Assembly: GCA_964500725.1 (NCBI GenBank)
Contig: CAZCNP010000002.1
Location: 133,347-197,346, forward strand
Source: an uncultured Gammaproteobacteria bacterium
GTDB lineage: Bacteria > Patescibacteriota > Microgenomatia > Daviesbacterales > UBA10151
DNA: 64,000 nucleotides
Direction: 5' to 3'
Positions within the stretch are counted from its first letter, which is position 1. The number at the start of each line of letters is the position of its first letter. The notes beneath the pieces are model-generated. The model had not been told where the DNA came from. It saw only the letters and a list, made by a program, of their open reading frames with translations, and searched no databases. A program made the translations under genes and the position numbers. Positions 10,818-22,888 of this stretch are shown here, in pieces.

Positions 10818-11640
10818 TTTACCCAAAATTTCCGTAGTGATGCCTTGTTTTAATAGTGTTGACTATATCGAAAGATCTATACGATCTGTAGTTGAGCAAG
10901 ATTATAAAAATATTGAACTGTTTATTAAAGACGGAGGTTCTAATGATGGTACAGTCGATATTATTAAATTTTATGCAAAGAAATATTCAAACATCATTAC
11001 TTGGATCTCGGTTGAAGATAAAGGTCAAACAGATGCAATTAATATAGGTATGAAAAAAGTTAAAGGTGATATTTTAACTTATTTAAATGCAGATGATGTT
11101 TATAAACTAGGAGCGTTAAAAGAGGTTGCAGAATATTTTGCAAATAATCCAAATGTAATGTGGGTATTTGGTAAAGCTGATATCATTAACTTTGATGATG
11201 TAGAGATTAGAAAGTGGATAACACAGTATAAAAGTTTCTGGCTTAAGAATTATTCATACAATACTCTTCTAATTTTAAACTATATATCTCAAATGGCTAC
11301 ATTTTGGAGAAAGGAAGCAGTAAAGGAAATTGGTGATTTTGATGAAAAACAATATTATGTTATGGATTATGATTATTGGTTAAGATTAGGCAAGAAGTAT
11401 AAAGCAGGATTTATAAATAAGTATCTAGCAAGCTTTAGGATAACACTTGTGAACAAAAGTTCTACAGGGTTTGTAAAACAATTTAAAGATGAATTTATAG
11501 TTGCTAAAAAGAATACCAACAATAGTGTAATTCTGTTTTTGCATACTCTACATTACAATTTAATAATTTTTATATATTTTATTCTAAAATTATTAAGTGA
11601 TTTTTCTCCTCAAAAATTTCAAGAACAAAGCAATGCATAA
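10798..11640 (+). CDS. GT2 glycosyltransferase (WcaE-like)
   Basis: DGGSNDGT, DKGQTDAIN, YLNADD, MDYDYWLR. Confidence 0.9.
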   Translation: MIKRKSNLPKISVVMPCFNSVDYIERSIRSVVEQDYKNIELFIKDGGSNDGTVDIIKFYAKKYSNIITWISVEDKGQTDAINIGMKKVKGDILTYLNADDVYKLGALKEVAEYFANNPNVMWVFGKADIINFDDVEIRKWITQYKSFWLKNYSYNTLLILNYISQMATFWRKEAVKEIGDFDEKQYYVMDYDYWLRLGKKYKAGFINKYLASFRITLVNKSSTGFVKQFKDEFIVAKKNTNNSVILFLHTLHYNLIIFIYFILKLLSDFSPQKFQEQSNA

Positions 11641-11647
11641 GGAGTAA

Positions 11648-13385
<1,738 letters not shown>

Positions 13386-13386
<1 letters not shown>

Positions 13387-14393
13387 TATAGTTTTGATTG
13401 ATTTCTTATTCTCTCTATTAATTCTTGTACCCTGACACCAGCACTGAAGTTTGGAGTAAATTCTCTTCTATATATAATAGATTTAATAAATCGATCAGTT
13501 AATTTGCTTATAATTCTCACTCGTTCATCTTCGCCTCTTACGCCTTTTTCTTTTGAAATTGTAAGTTGTTTTGCACTTCCATCTTCATAAATTTTAATTT
13601 TAAAATTCTCCACAACACTATTTGTATTCTCTAAGACAGCTGTACCCCTATCGGAAACAAATATTAATTGATGTCTACTTAACCCAGAATTATTACAGCA
13701 AAGGTGGGCATACCCGGTGATATTTTTTTTAAACTGCAACAAGAGATCAATACCTGTTTCTCCGCCATTAATACTTTCTTTGGAGTACGAAACAAGACTT
13801 TTGAGGTTTAAGATTTCTCCTGCAAAATATTCTAAATAATAAAGAGAGTGGGAGAAGTAATAAGATAATGCTCCGCCGCCTTCGACGGCGTCAGTTTTCC
13901 AGGATGAAACTTTATTTTTAATGTCATAGCTTTGAAAATCCCAATTTAAATTAATTTGTTTTAACTTGCCTAAGGTTTTTTTATTTATTATTTCTTTAGC
14001 CTTTTGCCATTCCTCAATCTCTGGAAAAATGAAATCTACAGCATTTATAATTTTCTTTCTTTTAGCTAGGTCTAAAAGTTCTCTGGCCTCTTGATAAGTT
14101 GTTGCCAAAGGTTTTTCGGCAAAAACATGTAAGCCTCTTTTTATAGCTGTTTTAGCTATGTTGTATTGGGCGCTGGGAATAACTGCTATAGCAACAGCAT
14201 CGAGATCTTCCTTATTGAGCATCTCACGCCAGTCTGTATAAGTGTTTGTTAAGTCAATTCTTTTGCAATAGTTAATAAAGCGGGGGGTATGTTTGCCGCA
14301 AATTGCAACAACTTTGCATCCATGAGTGGAATTAAAAGCAGGCAGCAAACCATATAATCCAAAACCGGAACCAATTATGCCAACTTTTACCAT
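13386..14393 (-). CDS. Gfo/Idh/MocA oxidoreductase
   Basis: GIIGSGFG, HVFAEKP, GGGAL. Confidence 0.88.
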
Positions 14394-14435
14394 ATTAAAA
14401 ATATTATACTTCAGATTGTGCGGGATTTAAATCGA

Positions 14436-14444
14436 TGTTATAAT
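14436..14444 (+). promoter_or_regulatory. extended -10 element TGtTATAAT
   Basis: 10 nt upstream of ATG 14455; a divergent TATAAT on the minus strand lies at 14403-14408. Confidence 0.55.
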
Positions 14445-14454
14445 TTTTAGCCTT

Positions 14455-15309
14455 ATGACACTGGCCGAGACTTTAAGAACCCAGTAATTCATAGACAGCG
14501 CGATTACTTTTGCCACAAACAGAAATCCCAAGCTTGGAGAGATTGATCAGAATAAAGTGATTAAACTAACAAGAGAAGCTGTTTTAGAAACAGCTTCTCT
14601 TGAAGAGGTTGCAAGGAATAATCCTTTACGTATTTCCAAATCTATTGATGACGCATTAAGAATTAAAGCAATTTGGGATCTTTCTGCTGTAGGCACAGTC
14701 TTAAAAGAGTTTCAAGACGATAGGTGGAAAAGTATAACTTGGATGGGATGGACAGATCGAAGAAGGCTAATCTATTCAGCGTTTTTAATGAGGCATATCA
14801 CCGAAAGAATAACAGGAAAAACACATAAAGTACCTGTAGGAGAAAAGCTTGCTGTGGATCAAATAGCAAGCCTTAAAATGGATATCGGAATGTTTAGCCC
14901 ATATCTGATATATGGTTCAACCAAAGAACAAAATGATGATGTAAGGGAAGCGCTTAAACAACCTGGTGTTATTATCCCAGAAAATAAGGTACATATTATT
15001 GATTTCCCAGAAAAACCGGTTGGGGTAAATACAATAGACCAAATGAAAAATTTCAGCTTACCCACCTCACCAGAAGCTAAAAGAGAGGATACGCTGATAC
15101 TAGTAGCCCATGCGCCTCATTTGGTGCGAGCACTTCATATTATGAATCGATTTCATCCTTTACCTAAAGGACTAGCTGTACAACCCTATCCTTTACCTTC
15201 ACCCTCTTCTGCAGGAGTTAATTATGCGATGCTAGAAATAAGTGGACTATTGTACTATACGTTTATAACGAAAGAATCTGCCGAGAAGCCTTATCCATAC
15301 AAAATCTGA
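14455..15309 (+). CDS. DUF218/YdcF-like protein; in-frame TAA at codon 11 (possible pseudogene, or GTG start at 14557)
   Basis: NTIDQ and VAHAPHLVRA motifs; ATG 14455 is in frame with the 14557 ORF but separated by TAA 14485-14487. Confidence 0.55.
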
Positions 15310-15310
15310 C

Positions 15311-16591
15311 TTAGACCTCAGAGTTTTTAACTATTTTAAAATCAGGCAGAGGGATGATGAAGTCTGATTTTAGGCCCCTTGCTTTGAGTTGTTCCATAAT
15401 CGGTTTGGCATAGTGCCAGGCCAATACCACGACATATTCAGGCTGCTCATCAATTAAACGCCGGTTATTTACTATTGGTATATGCTTGCCCGGTAAAAAC
15501 ATATTTAGTTTTAATGAGGTTGGCTGTTCAGCTAAATACGGTAATAATTCTTTATCAACGCCGTAATAATTTAATAAGGTGGAGCTCCGGGCAGGACAAG
15601 AATTACCGACAACTGATTTACCCTGTTTCTTGGTTTTAAAAAGAAAGTCCATAAATTCAAAACGGGCTTTTTTAACCCTGTCGGCAAATTTAGTAAATGT
15701 TTCGAGCTTATCTAACCCAAAATCTTTTTCAAGCTTCAGTAACTCCTTAACTGCTGAACTTACTTTTTTACCTTTTCCTTTGGTAGCATAAACCCGGATA
15801 TTGCCTCCATACCGATCACCTCTTTCGACATCCGTAACTGTAAAGTCATACTGGTTAAATAACTCTATGTAGGAGCGTAACGAATAAGTTCTGAGGTGTT
15901 CATGGTAGATGGTATCAAATTGCCCTCCCCGTAAAACATCTAAAAGATAATGTGTTTCATTTATAAACACACCATCGTCTTTTAGCAGATGGTAAGCTCC
16001 CATAATAAATTCACCTAAAGTTTGCATATGGGCAAAAGTGTTTGTAGATATAACTAGCGAAGCTTTTCCATACTTCTTTTTTATTTTTTCTGATGTTTCT
16101 ATATCAAAAAATGATTGAACGGTTTTGATTCCACTTTTATTGGCAATTTTGGCAATATTTGTGGGTTCAACACCAAGTGTTTTAGCTCCTGCCTTTTTAA
16201 AGCCCTTCAATAAAGTACCGTCATTGGAACCAACATCAATAACAAGGCCTTTTGGTGTTAGGTTAAGCTTTTTTACTAAAGAAAGAGCCATCTTCTCTTG
16301 ATATTCTGCCAGTTCTTTTGTAATACCACTTCTGTAAGGATAATCAGGGTGATAAACTTCTTTTCCAGAAACGCAATAGTCCAGTTGAACACCAGTACAA
16401 TTTTGACACCAGATCATTCTTAGCGGATAAGTCTTTTCCGGTTCATTTAAGCTGTCTTTTGTGAGTAAAGTATCGCAAAGAGGTTGGTGTCCCAAATCCA
16501 AAATAGTATGAAGGTTACCAGAGTTACAAATTTGGCATTTGGATAAAGGTCCTGTTTTGATAGAGTGATGTGTAGGATATTTTAGTTTCAT
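15311..16591 (-). CDS. NDP-sugar C-methyltransferase, paralogue 2
   Basis: CQIC..CQNC, DVGSNDG, FDTIYHEH, LAWHY. Confidence 0.9.
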   Translation of the reverse strand: MKLKYPTHHSIKTGPLSKCQICNSGNLHTILDLGHQPLCDTLLTKDSLNEPEKTYPLRMIWCQNCTGVQLDYCVSGKEVYHPDYPYRSGITKELAEYQEKMALSLVKKLNLTPKGLVIDVGSNDGTLLKGFKKAGAKTLGVEPTNIAKIANKSGIKTVQSFFDIETSEKIKKKYGKASLVISTNTFAHMQTLGEFIMGAYHLLKDDGVFINETHYLLDVLRGGQFDTIYHEHLRTYSLRSYIELFNQYDFTVTDVERGDRYGGNIRVYATKGKGKKVSSAVKELLKLEKDFGLDKLETFTKFADRVKKARFEFMDFLFKTKKQGKSVVGNSCPARSSTLLNYYGVDKELLPYLAEQPTSLKLNMFLPGKHIPIVNNRRLIDEQPEYVVVLAWHYAKPIMEQLKARGLKSDFIIPLPDFKIVKNSEV

Positions 16592-17946
16592 GATAGTCCG
16601 ATTCCTTTATATATTATTCCAGCTTTTTGGAAGAGGCGTTTATCATATATTCTTCTGCCGTCAATGACAATAGGGTTTTTCATTAGTCTTTTGAAAAATA
16701 CGGGAGTTAATTTGATATATTCTTTCCAAGAAGTGATGATAATTGTTGCATCAGCATTTTGAATTGCTTCCTCTACAGTGCTGGTTAAAATTATTGAAAG
16801 ATCAGCTAATTTTGTAGGTACATTGTTTTTTTGGTATACCATTGGGTCATGTACAATAACTTTGGCATTTTCTGCAAGTAATTTTTCTATTACCGTGAAT
16901 GCGGGTGATTCGCGGGTATCATCCGTGTTAGGTTTAAAAGATAATCCCAATATGGCTATTCTTTTTCCAGTCAAATTTTTTCCTAAGGCCTTTTTCAGCA
17001 GTGAAACTAACCGGTATGGTTGGGTTTGATTGATACCGATAACACTTTTTATAAGTTTTGGTTCACTTCCTAATTCGTCGGCAAAACTGGCTAAAGCTTG
17101 TACATCTTTAGGAAAACAGCTTCCTCCAAAACCACATCCGGAAAAAATGTAACTTAATATTCCCGGTTTAATGCGAACATTCCCACTTATGGGACTGAGC
17201 CTTTTATCCAGATGTACCCCTTTCCATACATCTATGACATCAATATTGCCAGCATGTTCTGCGATTCTGGCAATTTCATTTGAGTAACTGATTAGAGTTG
17301 CCAGTAAAGCATTAGCAGCATATTTTGTCATTTCTGCGGTCCAAAGATTGGTAAAGATTTTTTCAGCCGATATTGACTCATAAATTTTGGCAAATTTTTT
17401 ACCGCTTTTGATATCAATTTGTCCGATGATAATCCTATCAGGAGTTAGCGCATCCTCCAAAGCACTGCCTTCCCTTAAGAATTCCGGATTCATGCAAATT
17501 CCAAAACTACCAACACTTTTTTTAGAATATTTTTCCAATATTGGTTTAATAATTTTTTCAGTTACACCGGGTAAAATCGTAGATTTGACTGCTACAACCT
17601 GGTAGTTTTTGATTTTTGCCATGGCTTCCCCGATTTGTTTTGCAGCTTGTTTAATATAAGAGAGGTCTATTGTCTTGTTAGTAGTTGGTGTCCCAACCGC
17701 GATGATGGTAATTTCTGACTCTAAAACTGCTTTCTCAAGGTCAGTTGTAGCAAGAAGTCTTTTTTGTTTTAGTACTCTTTTTAGGTATTTATCAATTTCT
17801 GGTTCGTAAAAAGGTGATTTGCCAGCGTTGACTTTGGAAATTTTATTTTGGTCAGTATCAACACAAATTATTTGGTGACCTAATATAGCCAATGATATTC
17901 CGGTAACTAATCCTACATAACCTGTTCCAATAATAGCAATTTTCAT
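16588..17946 (-). CDS. ugd: UDP-glucose/GDP-mannose 6-dehydrogenase family
   Basis: GTGYVG, AVGTP, NPEFLREG, GFGGSCFPKD, FKPNTDDTRES. Confidence 0.85.
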   Translation of the reverse strand: MKIAIIGTGYVGLVTGISLAILGHQIICVDTDQNKISKVNAGKSPFYEPEIDKYLKRVLKQKRLLATTDLEKAVLESEITIIAVGTPTTNKTIDLSYIKQAAKQIGEAMAKIKNYQVVAVKSTILPGVTEKIIKPILEKYSKKSVGSFGICMNPEFLREGSALEDALTPDRIIIGQIDIKSGKKFAKIYESISAEKIFTNLWTAEMTKYAANALLATLISYSNEIARIAEHAGNIDVIDVWKGVHLDKRLSPISGNVRIKPGILSYIFSGCGFGGSCFPKDVQALASFADELGSEPKLIKSVIGINQTQPYRLVSLLKKALGKNLTGKRIAILGLSFKPNTDDTRESPAFTVIEKLLAENAKVIVHDPMVYQKNNVPTKLADLSIILTSTVEEAIQNADATIIITSWKEYIKLTPVFFKRLMKNPIVIDGRRIYDKRLFQKAGIIYKGIGLS

Positions 17947-19034
17947 AATGAGTTTTGCTGATACCACAATAAAGTATTAGTTAAGCCTTGATCTAGTGAT
18001 ATTTCCGGATTATAGCCCAAATCTTTTTTGGCTTTTCCAATTCGCGGACAACGGCGGTTAGGACTATCGGTTAAATAGTTTTTGTCATGACTTTTTTCCA
18101 TAACTATCTTCCCCCGATAGCCTAAATGTTTAACTGCCAAATCTGCCATAAGTTTAGCTAAATCATACATAGAAATTTCCGGCTTCTCAACTCCAATGTT
18201 ATAACTTTCGGCTGCTTTACCTTTCAGTAATACTTTTAAGTATCCAACTACTGCATCTGTAACATAACAAAATGTCCGCGTGGGAGAGCCGGTAGAGAGT
18301 AAAACAATATCCTTATTTGGTAAAATATTCTTAGCAAAATCAGGAATAACTCTGCCGTCAGTTATTTTCAAACCCGGTCCATAATTATTAAAGGGCCTGA
18401 CTATTTTAATAGGTAAATTGTGTGCTCTTGAGAAATTGACACAAAGAGTTTCACCAAATCTTTTTGATTCATCATAGCAAGCCCTCGGACCAGTACAGGA
18501 GACATTTCCGCGGTAAGTTTCCGGAGTAGGAATATTTTCCGGAGTAGGATCGCCATATATTTCGCTTGAAGAAAAAAACAACAATCCTTTGACCGGTTTT
18601 TTTATCCCTTTTCTTTTAACCAAATAATTTAAGATGTTATAAAGGCCCTGAACATTGGCATTAATGGTTTCTATTGGGTATTGGCGGTAAAAGATTGGTG
18701 AGGCAATAGAGGCTGCATGAATTATGTAATCAAACCTGACGGAGAGATCAGGTTGGTATCTTGTAATATCTGCTTTAACTGTCTTCAGGTCATTTCTTTT
18801 ACTTAGCCACTCCGGTACTCCATTTATAAAAGTATCTAAAGCATATAGGGTAATTTTCTTTTTTGGATTTATATCATTCCACAGCAGAAGTGATTTAATA
18901 AAATAATAACCTAAAAACCCGTTAGCTCCGGTAAAAAGAATAGTTTGATTTTTCAGAAGTTCAAACTCTTTTTTGGCTTTTGTATAGATGTACTTCAGAT
19001 CATTTTCTTCAACAGGAGTATTATTTATTGACAT
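17943..19034 (-). CDS. NDP-glucuronate decarboxylase (UXS-like) SDR
   Basis: GANGFLG, HAASIASP, SSSEIYGDP, GPRACYDESKR, DGRV, TRTFCYV. Confidence 0.85.
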   Translation of the reverse strand: MSINNTPVEENDLKYIYTKAKKEFELLKNQTILFTGANGFLGYYFIKSLLLWNDINPKKKITLYALDTFINGVPEWLSKRNDLKTVKADITRYQPDLSVRFDYIIHAASIASPIFYRQYPIETINANVQGLYNILNYLVKRKGIKKPVKGLLFFSSSEIYGDPTPENIPTPETYRGNVSCTGPRACYDESKRFGETLCVNFSRAHNLPIKIVRPFNNYGPGLKITDGRVIPDFAKNILPNKDIVLLSTGSPTRTFCYVTDAVVGYLKVLLKGKAAESYNIGVEKPEISMYDLAKLMADLAVKHLGYRGKIVMEKSHDKNYLTDSPNRRCPRIGKAKKDLGYNPEISLDQGLTNTLLWYQQNSL

Positions 19035-19807
19035 TATTTCCAGACTTTCCATTTGGGATCTTCATTCCAAAGTTTATTTAGATTGTTGACATCAGGATAA
19101 GTATCCATTGAATGCCAGAAACCATTGTGAGCATATATAGTCAGTTGTCCTTCTTTAATTAATCTTTTTAAAGCATCGTGTTCATATTCCCCTTTACCGA
19201 TATAGTCAAAAATTTTCTTTTTAAATATCATAAAACCACCATTTATCCAGTCATTCAAAACGGGTTTTTCTAAAAACTGGTAAGCAACTCCGTTTTTATT
19301 CATCGTTAAGATGCCATATCTGCTTCTGGGGTGTACCCCTGTAATCGTTCCAATCAAATTATGATCTCTGTGGAATTCAACCAACTGCTTGATATTGATA
19401 TCCGAAACACCGTCTCCATACGTAACCATAAAACTTTCATCATTTTCCGGTATAAAATCTCTTATTCTTAAAATCCGTTCTCCCGGTAAGGTTTCTTGGC
19501 CGGTGTCTACAAAAGTGATTTTAAAGTCATCCTTGTTATTTTGGTTACGATGAATTTTTGCGTGTCCGGTTTTTGTATACAGAGTAAAATCATCAGTGAA
19601 ATATTTTTGATTAAGAAAATAATCTTTAATATAATCACCTTTATATCCCAAAGCAATGATAAATTCATTAAACCCGTAGTGGGAATAAATCTTCATGATA
19701 TGCCAAAGAATTGGTTGACTGCCAATAAATACCATTGGTTTTGGTTTAAACTCGGTTTCTTCTTTTAATCTGTATCCAAGCCCGCCGCAAAGAATAACTA
19801 CTTTCAT
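19034..19807 (-). CDS. rfbF: glucose-1-phosphate cytidylyltransferase
   Basis: LCGGLGYRLKEET..PKPM, LWHIMK, VDTG, TYGDG, WINGGF, FWHSMDT. Confidence 0.88.
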   Translation of the reverse strand: MKVVILCGGLGYRLKEETEFKPKPMVFIGSQPILWHIMKIYSHYGFNEFIIALGYKGDYIKDYFLNQKYFTDDFTLYTKTGHAKIHRNQNNKDDFKITFVDTGQETLPGERILRIRDFIPENDESFMVTYGDGVSDINIKQLVEFHRDHNLIGTITGVHPRSRYGILTMNKNGVAYQFLEKPVLNDWINGGFMIFKKKIFDYIGKGEYEHDALKRLIKEGQLTIYAHNGFWHSMDTYPDVNNLNKLWNEDPKWKVWK

Positions 19808-19824
19808 AAGTCTTTAATTATTTG

Positions 19825-19853
19825 ATTTTAATTATAAAGCTGATAATAGTCAA
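19825..19853 (-). promoter_or_regulatory. sigma70-type promoter TTGACT-17-TAAAAT for the rfbF operon
   Basis: minus-strand TTGACT 19853-19848, TAAAAT 19830-19825. Confidence 0.55.
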
Positions 19854-19908
19854 GAAATATTATAAATAGAATTTTTCAATTCTTTTTGTTAGTATATAAG
19901 GGCTTATT

Positions 19909-20616
19909 ATGGAAAGTTATGTTCAGCACTTACAGGAGATGTCTTCACCGCTGACTTTTATCAGAAAAAAAAGGTATATTGATTACAATTTAAAAAAATA
20001 TTTTAAAGAATTAGGCTATCAAAACTTACAGGTTTTAGAAGTGGGGCCAGGTTTGGGTGAATTTGAAAGCTATTTAAATGACAAGCGTGTTTATTCAATT
20101 GATATCGTTGATAATGATCAAACGATTTTAACCTATGTTACTAAACGATATAAAATAAATAGAAGCTTTTTATCCAAAAGTTTGAAAGATGTTGATAAAA
20201 AGCTAGGACAATACAACTTCATCTTTTTAATGCAGGTTTTGGAACACTTGCCTGCTTCGGAATACATCATTACTTTAAAACTTTTATACTCCCGTTTAAA
20301 CAAAAACGGCTATTTAATAATTGTGGTACCAAACGGGAATAATCCACTAGGTTTAATTGAAAGGTATGCTGATTTGCAGCATACAGGTTGTTTTACTCAA
20401 ACTTCTTTAAAAGACCTTGTGCGTACTTCAGGAATAAAAGATTACAAATTAGAAATAAAAGGATATGAAATACCACCATATGATTTTATTAATTTAATCA
20501 GGATTTTTTTACAAAAAATTCTCCACTTTATTTTATATTTAATTATGATAATTAATGGAGGAAACTATTTTAAGATTATGACCCCAAATATTGCACTAAT
20601 TATTAAAAAAAATTAG
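19909..20616 (+). CDS. class I SAM-dependent methyltransferase
   Basis: LEVGPGLG, QVLEHL, VVPN. Confidence 0.85.
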   Translation: MESYVQHLQEMSSPLTFIRKKRYIDYNLKKYFKELGYQNLQVLEVGPGLGEFESYLNDKRVYSIDIVDNDQTILTYVTKRYKINRSFLSKSLKDVDKKLGQYNFIFLMQVLEHLPASEYIITLKLLYSRLNKNGYLIIVVPNGNNPLGLIERYADLQHTGCFTQTSLKDLVRTSGIKDYKLEIKGYEIPPYDFINLIRIFLQKILHFILYLIMIINGGNYFKIMTPNIALIIKKN

Positions 20617-20655
20617 TCTCAATATCTTAGGATTTGTTGGAACATTGTTCCCATT

Positions 20656-21699
20656 TCATTTATCGTATTTTAATACTAATTGCCGAATATTGTTGAAATC
20701 GCTAAAATAGCGGGATTTAGGATCATCAATCAGGCCGATACGGTCCTCCTTTCTTTTAGAAAATAAATATGTAGCATGTAGTAACCTTAAACTCCGGGCA
20801 AATATATTTGGAAAATTTTCTAAAAATAGATTCAGTCTAGCTGTTAGATGTTCTTGAGTAGATGTTTTAAAGTAATTTGGCATGCTTGAGTCAATCACCT
20901 TTGAGGTCTTAAATGACGTGATATTAAATTTTTTAAAAGCTGAAATAAGACATTTCTTAAACTTTGCAAAATCAGCATCATAAGTACCTTCTTTTTTTGC
21001 ATCCTGCAGGCTTGGCCAGTAGCTGTAAGAATGAGAAAATGCCTGTCTGGCAGCATAGAAGGTATTTAATCTTTTTATTTTTCCGTATGCAACAGTAAGC
21101 ATATCAGGAAGCAACTCTCCAAACAGGATGTGGTTAACTTTTGAGTTTAAAAACTTACTATAACAGGTTTTAACGAACCTTGTTCTTCGTACTGACCAAA
21201 GAACCAGATTGTAATTTGTTAAATGATAACCAAGTCTTTCTAGCGGATTAGGGTAAGTTATTGATTCATTGCGATAGAAAAATCTCCACCAGAATTGTTT
21301 TAAAAAAGAATTTTTATAAACATAAAAAGAAATATATGTACCGTGAGCAGCAGAATAATCAGGGTTCTTTTCCAAGAATTCTACAGCTTCATTTATGCCT
21401 TTTGGTACTATAAAATCGTCATCAGGGCAAAAAACACAATATTTACTCTTGGCATATCTAACCATTTCACCGAATTTTATATGAAAATTCATATTGCTGG
21501 AACATTTGTCCACGTATTTAATTTTTAAATGAGGGTATAAGGAAATATTTTTTTTGTTAATTTTCTTATTATTCTGATTACTGGAATCAACTATGAAGAT
21601 ATTAAAGTCCACATTATAGGAATTATAGTAATCTAAAATTCTTTTGAGAAATTTGGGTCTATTAAAAGTGGGGATAAATAAATCAACTTTATTGTTCAT
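20656..21699 (-). CDS. GT2-like glycosyltransferase (TIGR00180-type)
   Basis: IPTFNRP..LKRILDYY, VDSS, CPDDDF. Confidence 0.8.
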   Translation of the reverse strand: MNNKVDLFIPTFNRPKFLKRILDYYNSYNVDFNIFIVDSSNQNNKKINKKNISLYPHLKIKYVDKCSSNMNFHIKFGEMVRYAKSKYCVFCPDDDFIVPKGINEAVEFLEKNPDYSAAHGTYISFYVYKNSFLKQFWWRFFYRNESITYPNPLERLGYHLTNYNLVLWSVRRTRFVKTCYSKFLNSKVNHILFGELLPDMLTVAYGKIKRLNTFYAARQAFSHSYSYWPSLQDAKKEGTYDADFAKFKKCLISAFKKFNITSFKTSKVIDSSMPNYFKTSTQEHLTARLNLFLENFPNIFARSLRLLHATYLFSKRKEDRIGLIDDPKSRYFSDFNNIRQLVLKYDK

Positions 21700-21715
21700 A
21701 CAAACGCTTGCTTAC

Positions 21716-22885
21716 TCACTTATCTAATCTATCCTTATTAAGGATCTTTATTAAAATATTGCATATATAATCAACATCAGATTTAGTTAGTTTAAACGAA
21801 TAGGGCAGACTTATTGTAAAAGGAGATAAGGCATAAGAAATGACGTTTTGTTTTTGATAATTCTTTTCTTTGCAATATTGCTTATAGGCTGGTTGAGAAC
21901 TAACAGGATAAAAGAAAGGTCTGGTATCTATGCCATATTTTTTAAATTCATCCATGATTTTTTCCTTTTCAATTTGATATTTGCCACATAATACGGCATT
22001 AATCATCCAAAAGGAGCTTTTTGTGCCGGGGGTTTCGGAATTTAATTTTATATCATCTATATTTTCCAGCCTTTTTTTATACCACTCATAGACTTGTCTT
22101 TTTTTGGATACGAGTTCGTCAAGGCGTCTTAGTTGGGCAAGCGCTAAAGCGGCTTGAATATTAGTCCATTGGTAGTTGTAACCGATTTCCACAGACCAGA
22201 AGGTTTTTTCATTGTAAGGAATCATTCCATGGTGATAAAGCTGCTCAAATCGGTCAAATAACTTTTTGTTATTTGTTGTTATCATTCCACCTTGGCCGGA
22301 CATCATGATTTTTGTGGCATTAAAAGAAAAGGCGCTGACACCACCAAAAGTACCCGCTTTTTCTCCCTGATATTCGGCCCCCATTGCTTCTGCGGCATCT
22401 TCAATTACATAAATTTTATGTTTTTTGGCAATTGCTAAAATATTTTTCATATCCGGCATATTGCCATACAAATCTACCAACATCACCGCTTTGGTTTTAG
22501 GGGTAATAAGTTTTTCAAATGAAGCAGGGGAAAGGCACCAGGTTTTAGGGTCGATATCGGCAAATATAGGTATAGCGCCTACATAAGTAATGGGGGCAAC
22601 CGAGGCAACCCAAGTAATGTCAGGGACAATTACTTCATCTCCGGGTTTAATACCTAATCCTAACATAGCTAGATGAAGAGCTGCTGTGCAGCTGGAAACA
22701 GGTAAACAATATTTGATTCCGGTGTAATTTGAAAATTCTTTAATAAATTGGTTAAGATGCATATTCCTGTTTTCATACCAGCCAATTTTTATTGCTTCTG
22801 TAACAAGTTTTACTTCTGCGTTAGTTACGGAAGGACCGCCTGAAGGTATTTTCCTATAATTTTTTTTAGTGGGTTTTTTATTCAT
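21716..22885 (-). CDS. DegT/DnrJ/EryC1/StrS sugar aminotransferase (perosamine synthase-like)
   Basis: SCTAALHLA, EDAAEA, FSFNATK (PLP Lys), GYNY. Confidence 0.9.
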   Translation of the reverse strand: MNKKPTKKNYRKIPSGGPSVTNAEVKLVTEAIKIGWYENRNMHLNQFIKEFSNYTGIKYCLPVSSCTAALHLAMLGLGIKPGDEVIVPDITWVASVAPITYVGAIPIFADIDPKTWCLSPASFEKLITPKTKAVMLVDLYGNMPDMKNILAIAKKHKIYVIEDAAEAMGAEYQGEKAGTFGGVSAFSFNATKIMMSGQGGMITTNNKKLFDRFEQLYHHGMIPYNEKTFWSVEIGYNYQWTNIQAALALAQLRRLDELVSKKRQVYEWYKKRLENIDDIKLNSETPGTKSSFWMINAVLCGKYQIEKEKIMDEFKKYGIDTRPFFYPVSSQPAYKQYCKEKNYQKQNVISYALSPFTISLPYSFKLTKSDVDYICNILIKILNKDRLDK

Positions 22886-22888
22886 AGA

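Noticed and set aside
14485-14487. Stop-codon reassignment (alternative genetic code)
   Set aside because: TAA, TAG and TGA all end genes normally elsewhere in the window and ORFs are full length under code 11.
18518-18550. Direct repeat TTCCGGAGTAGGA twice
   Set aside because: It encodes the PTPE-NI-PTPE peptide repeat within the decarboxylase; only two copies, so not CRISPR or a mobile repeat.
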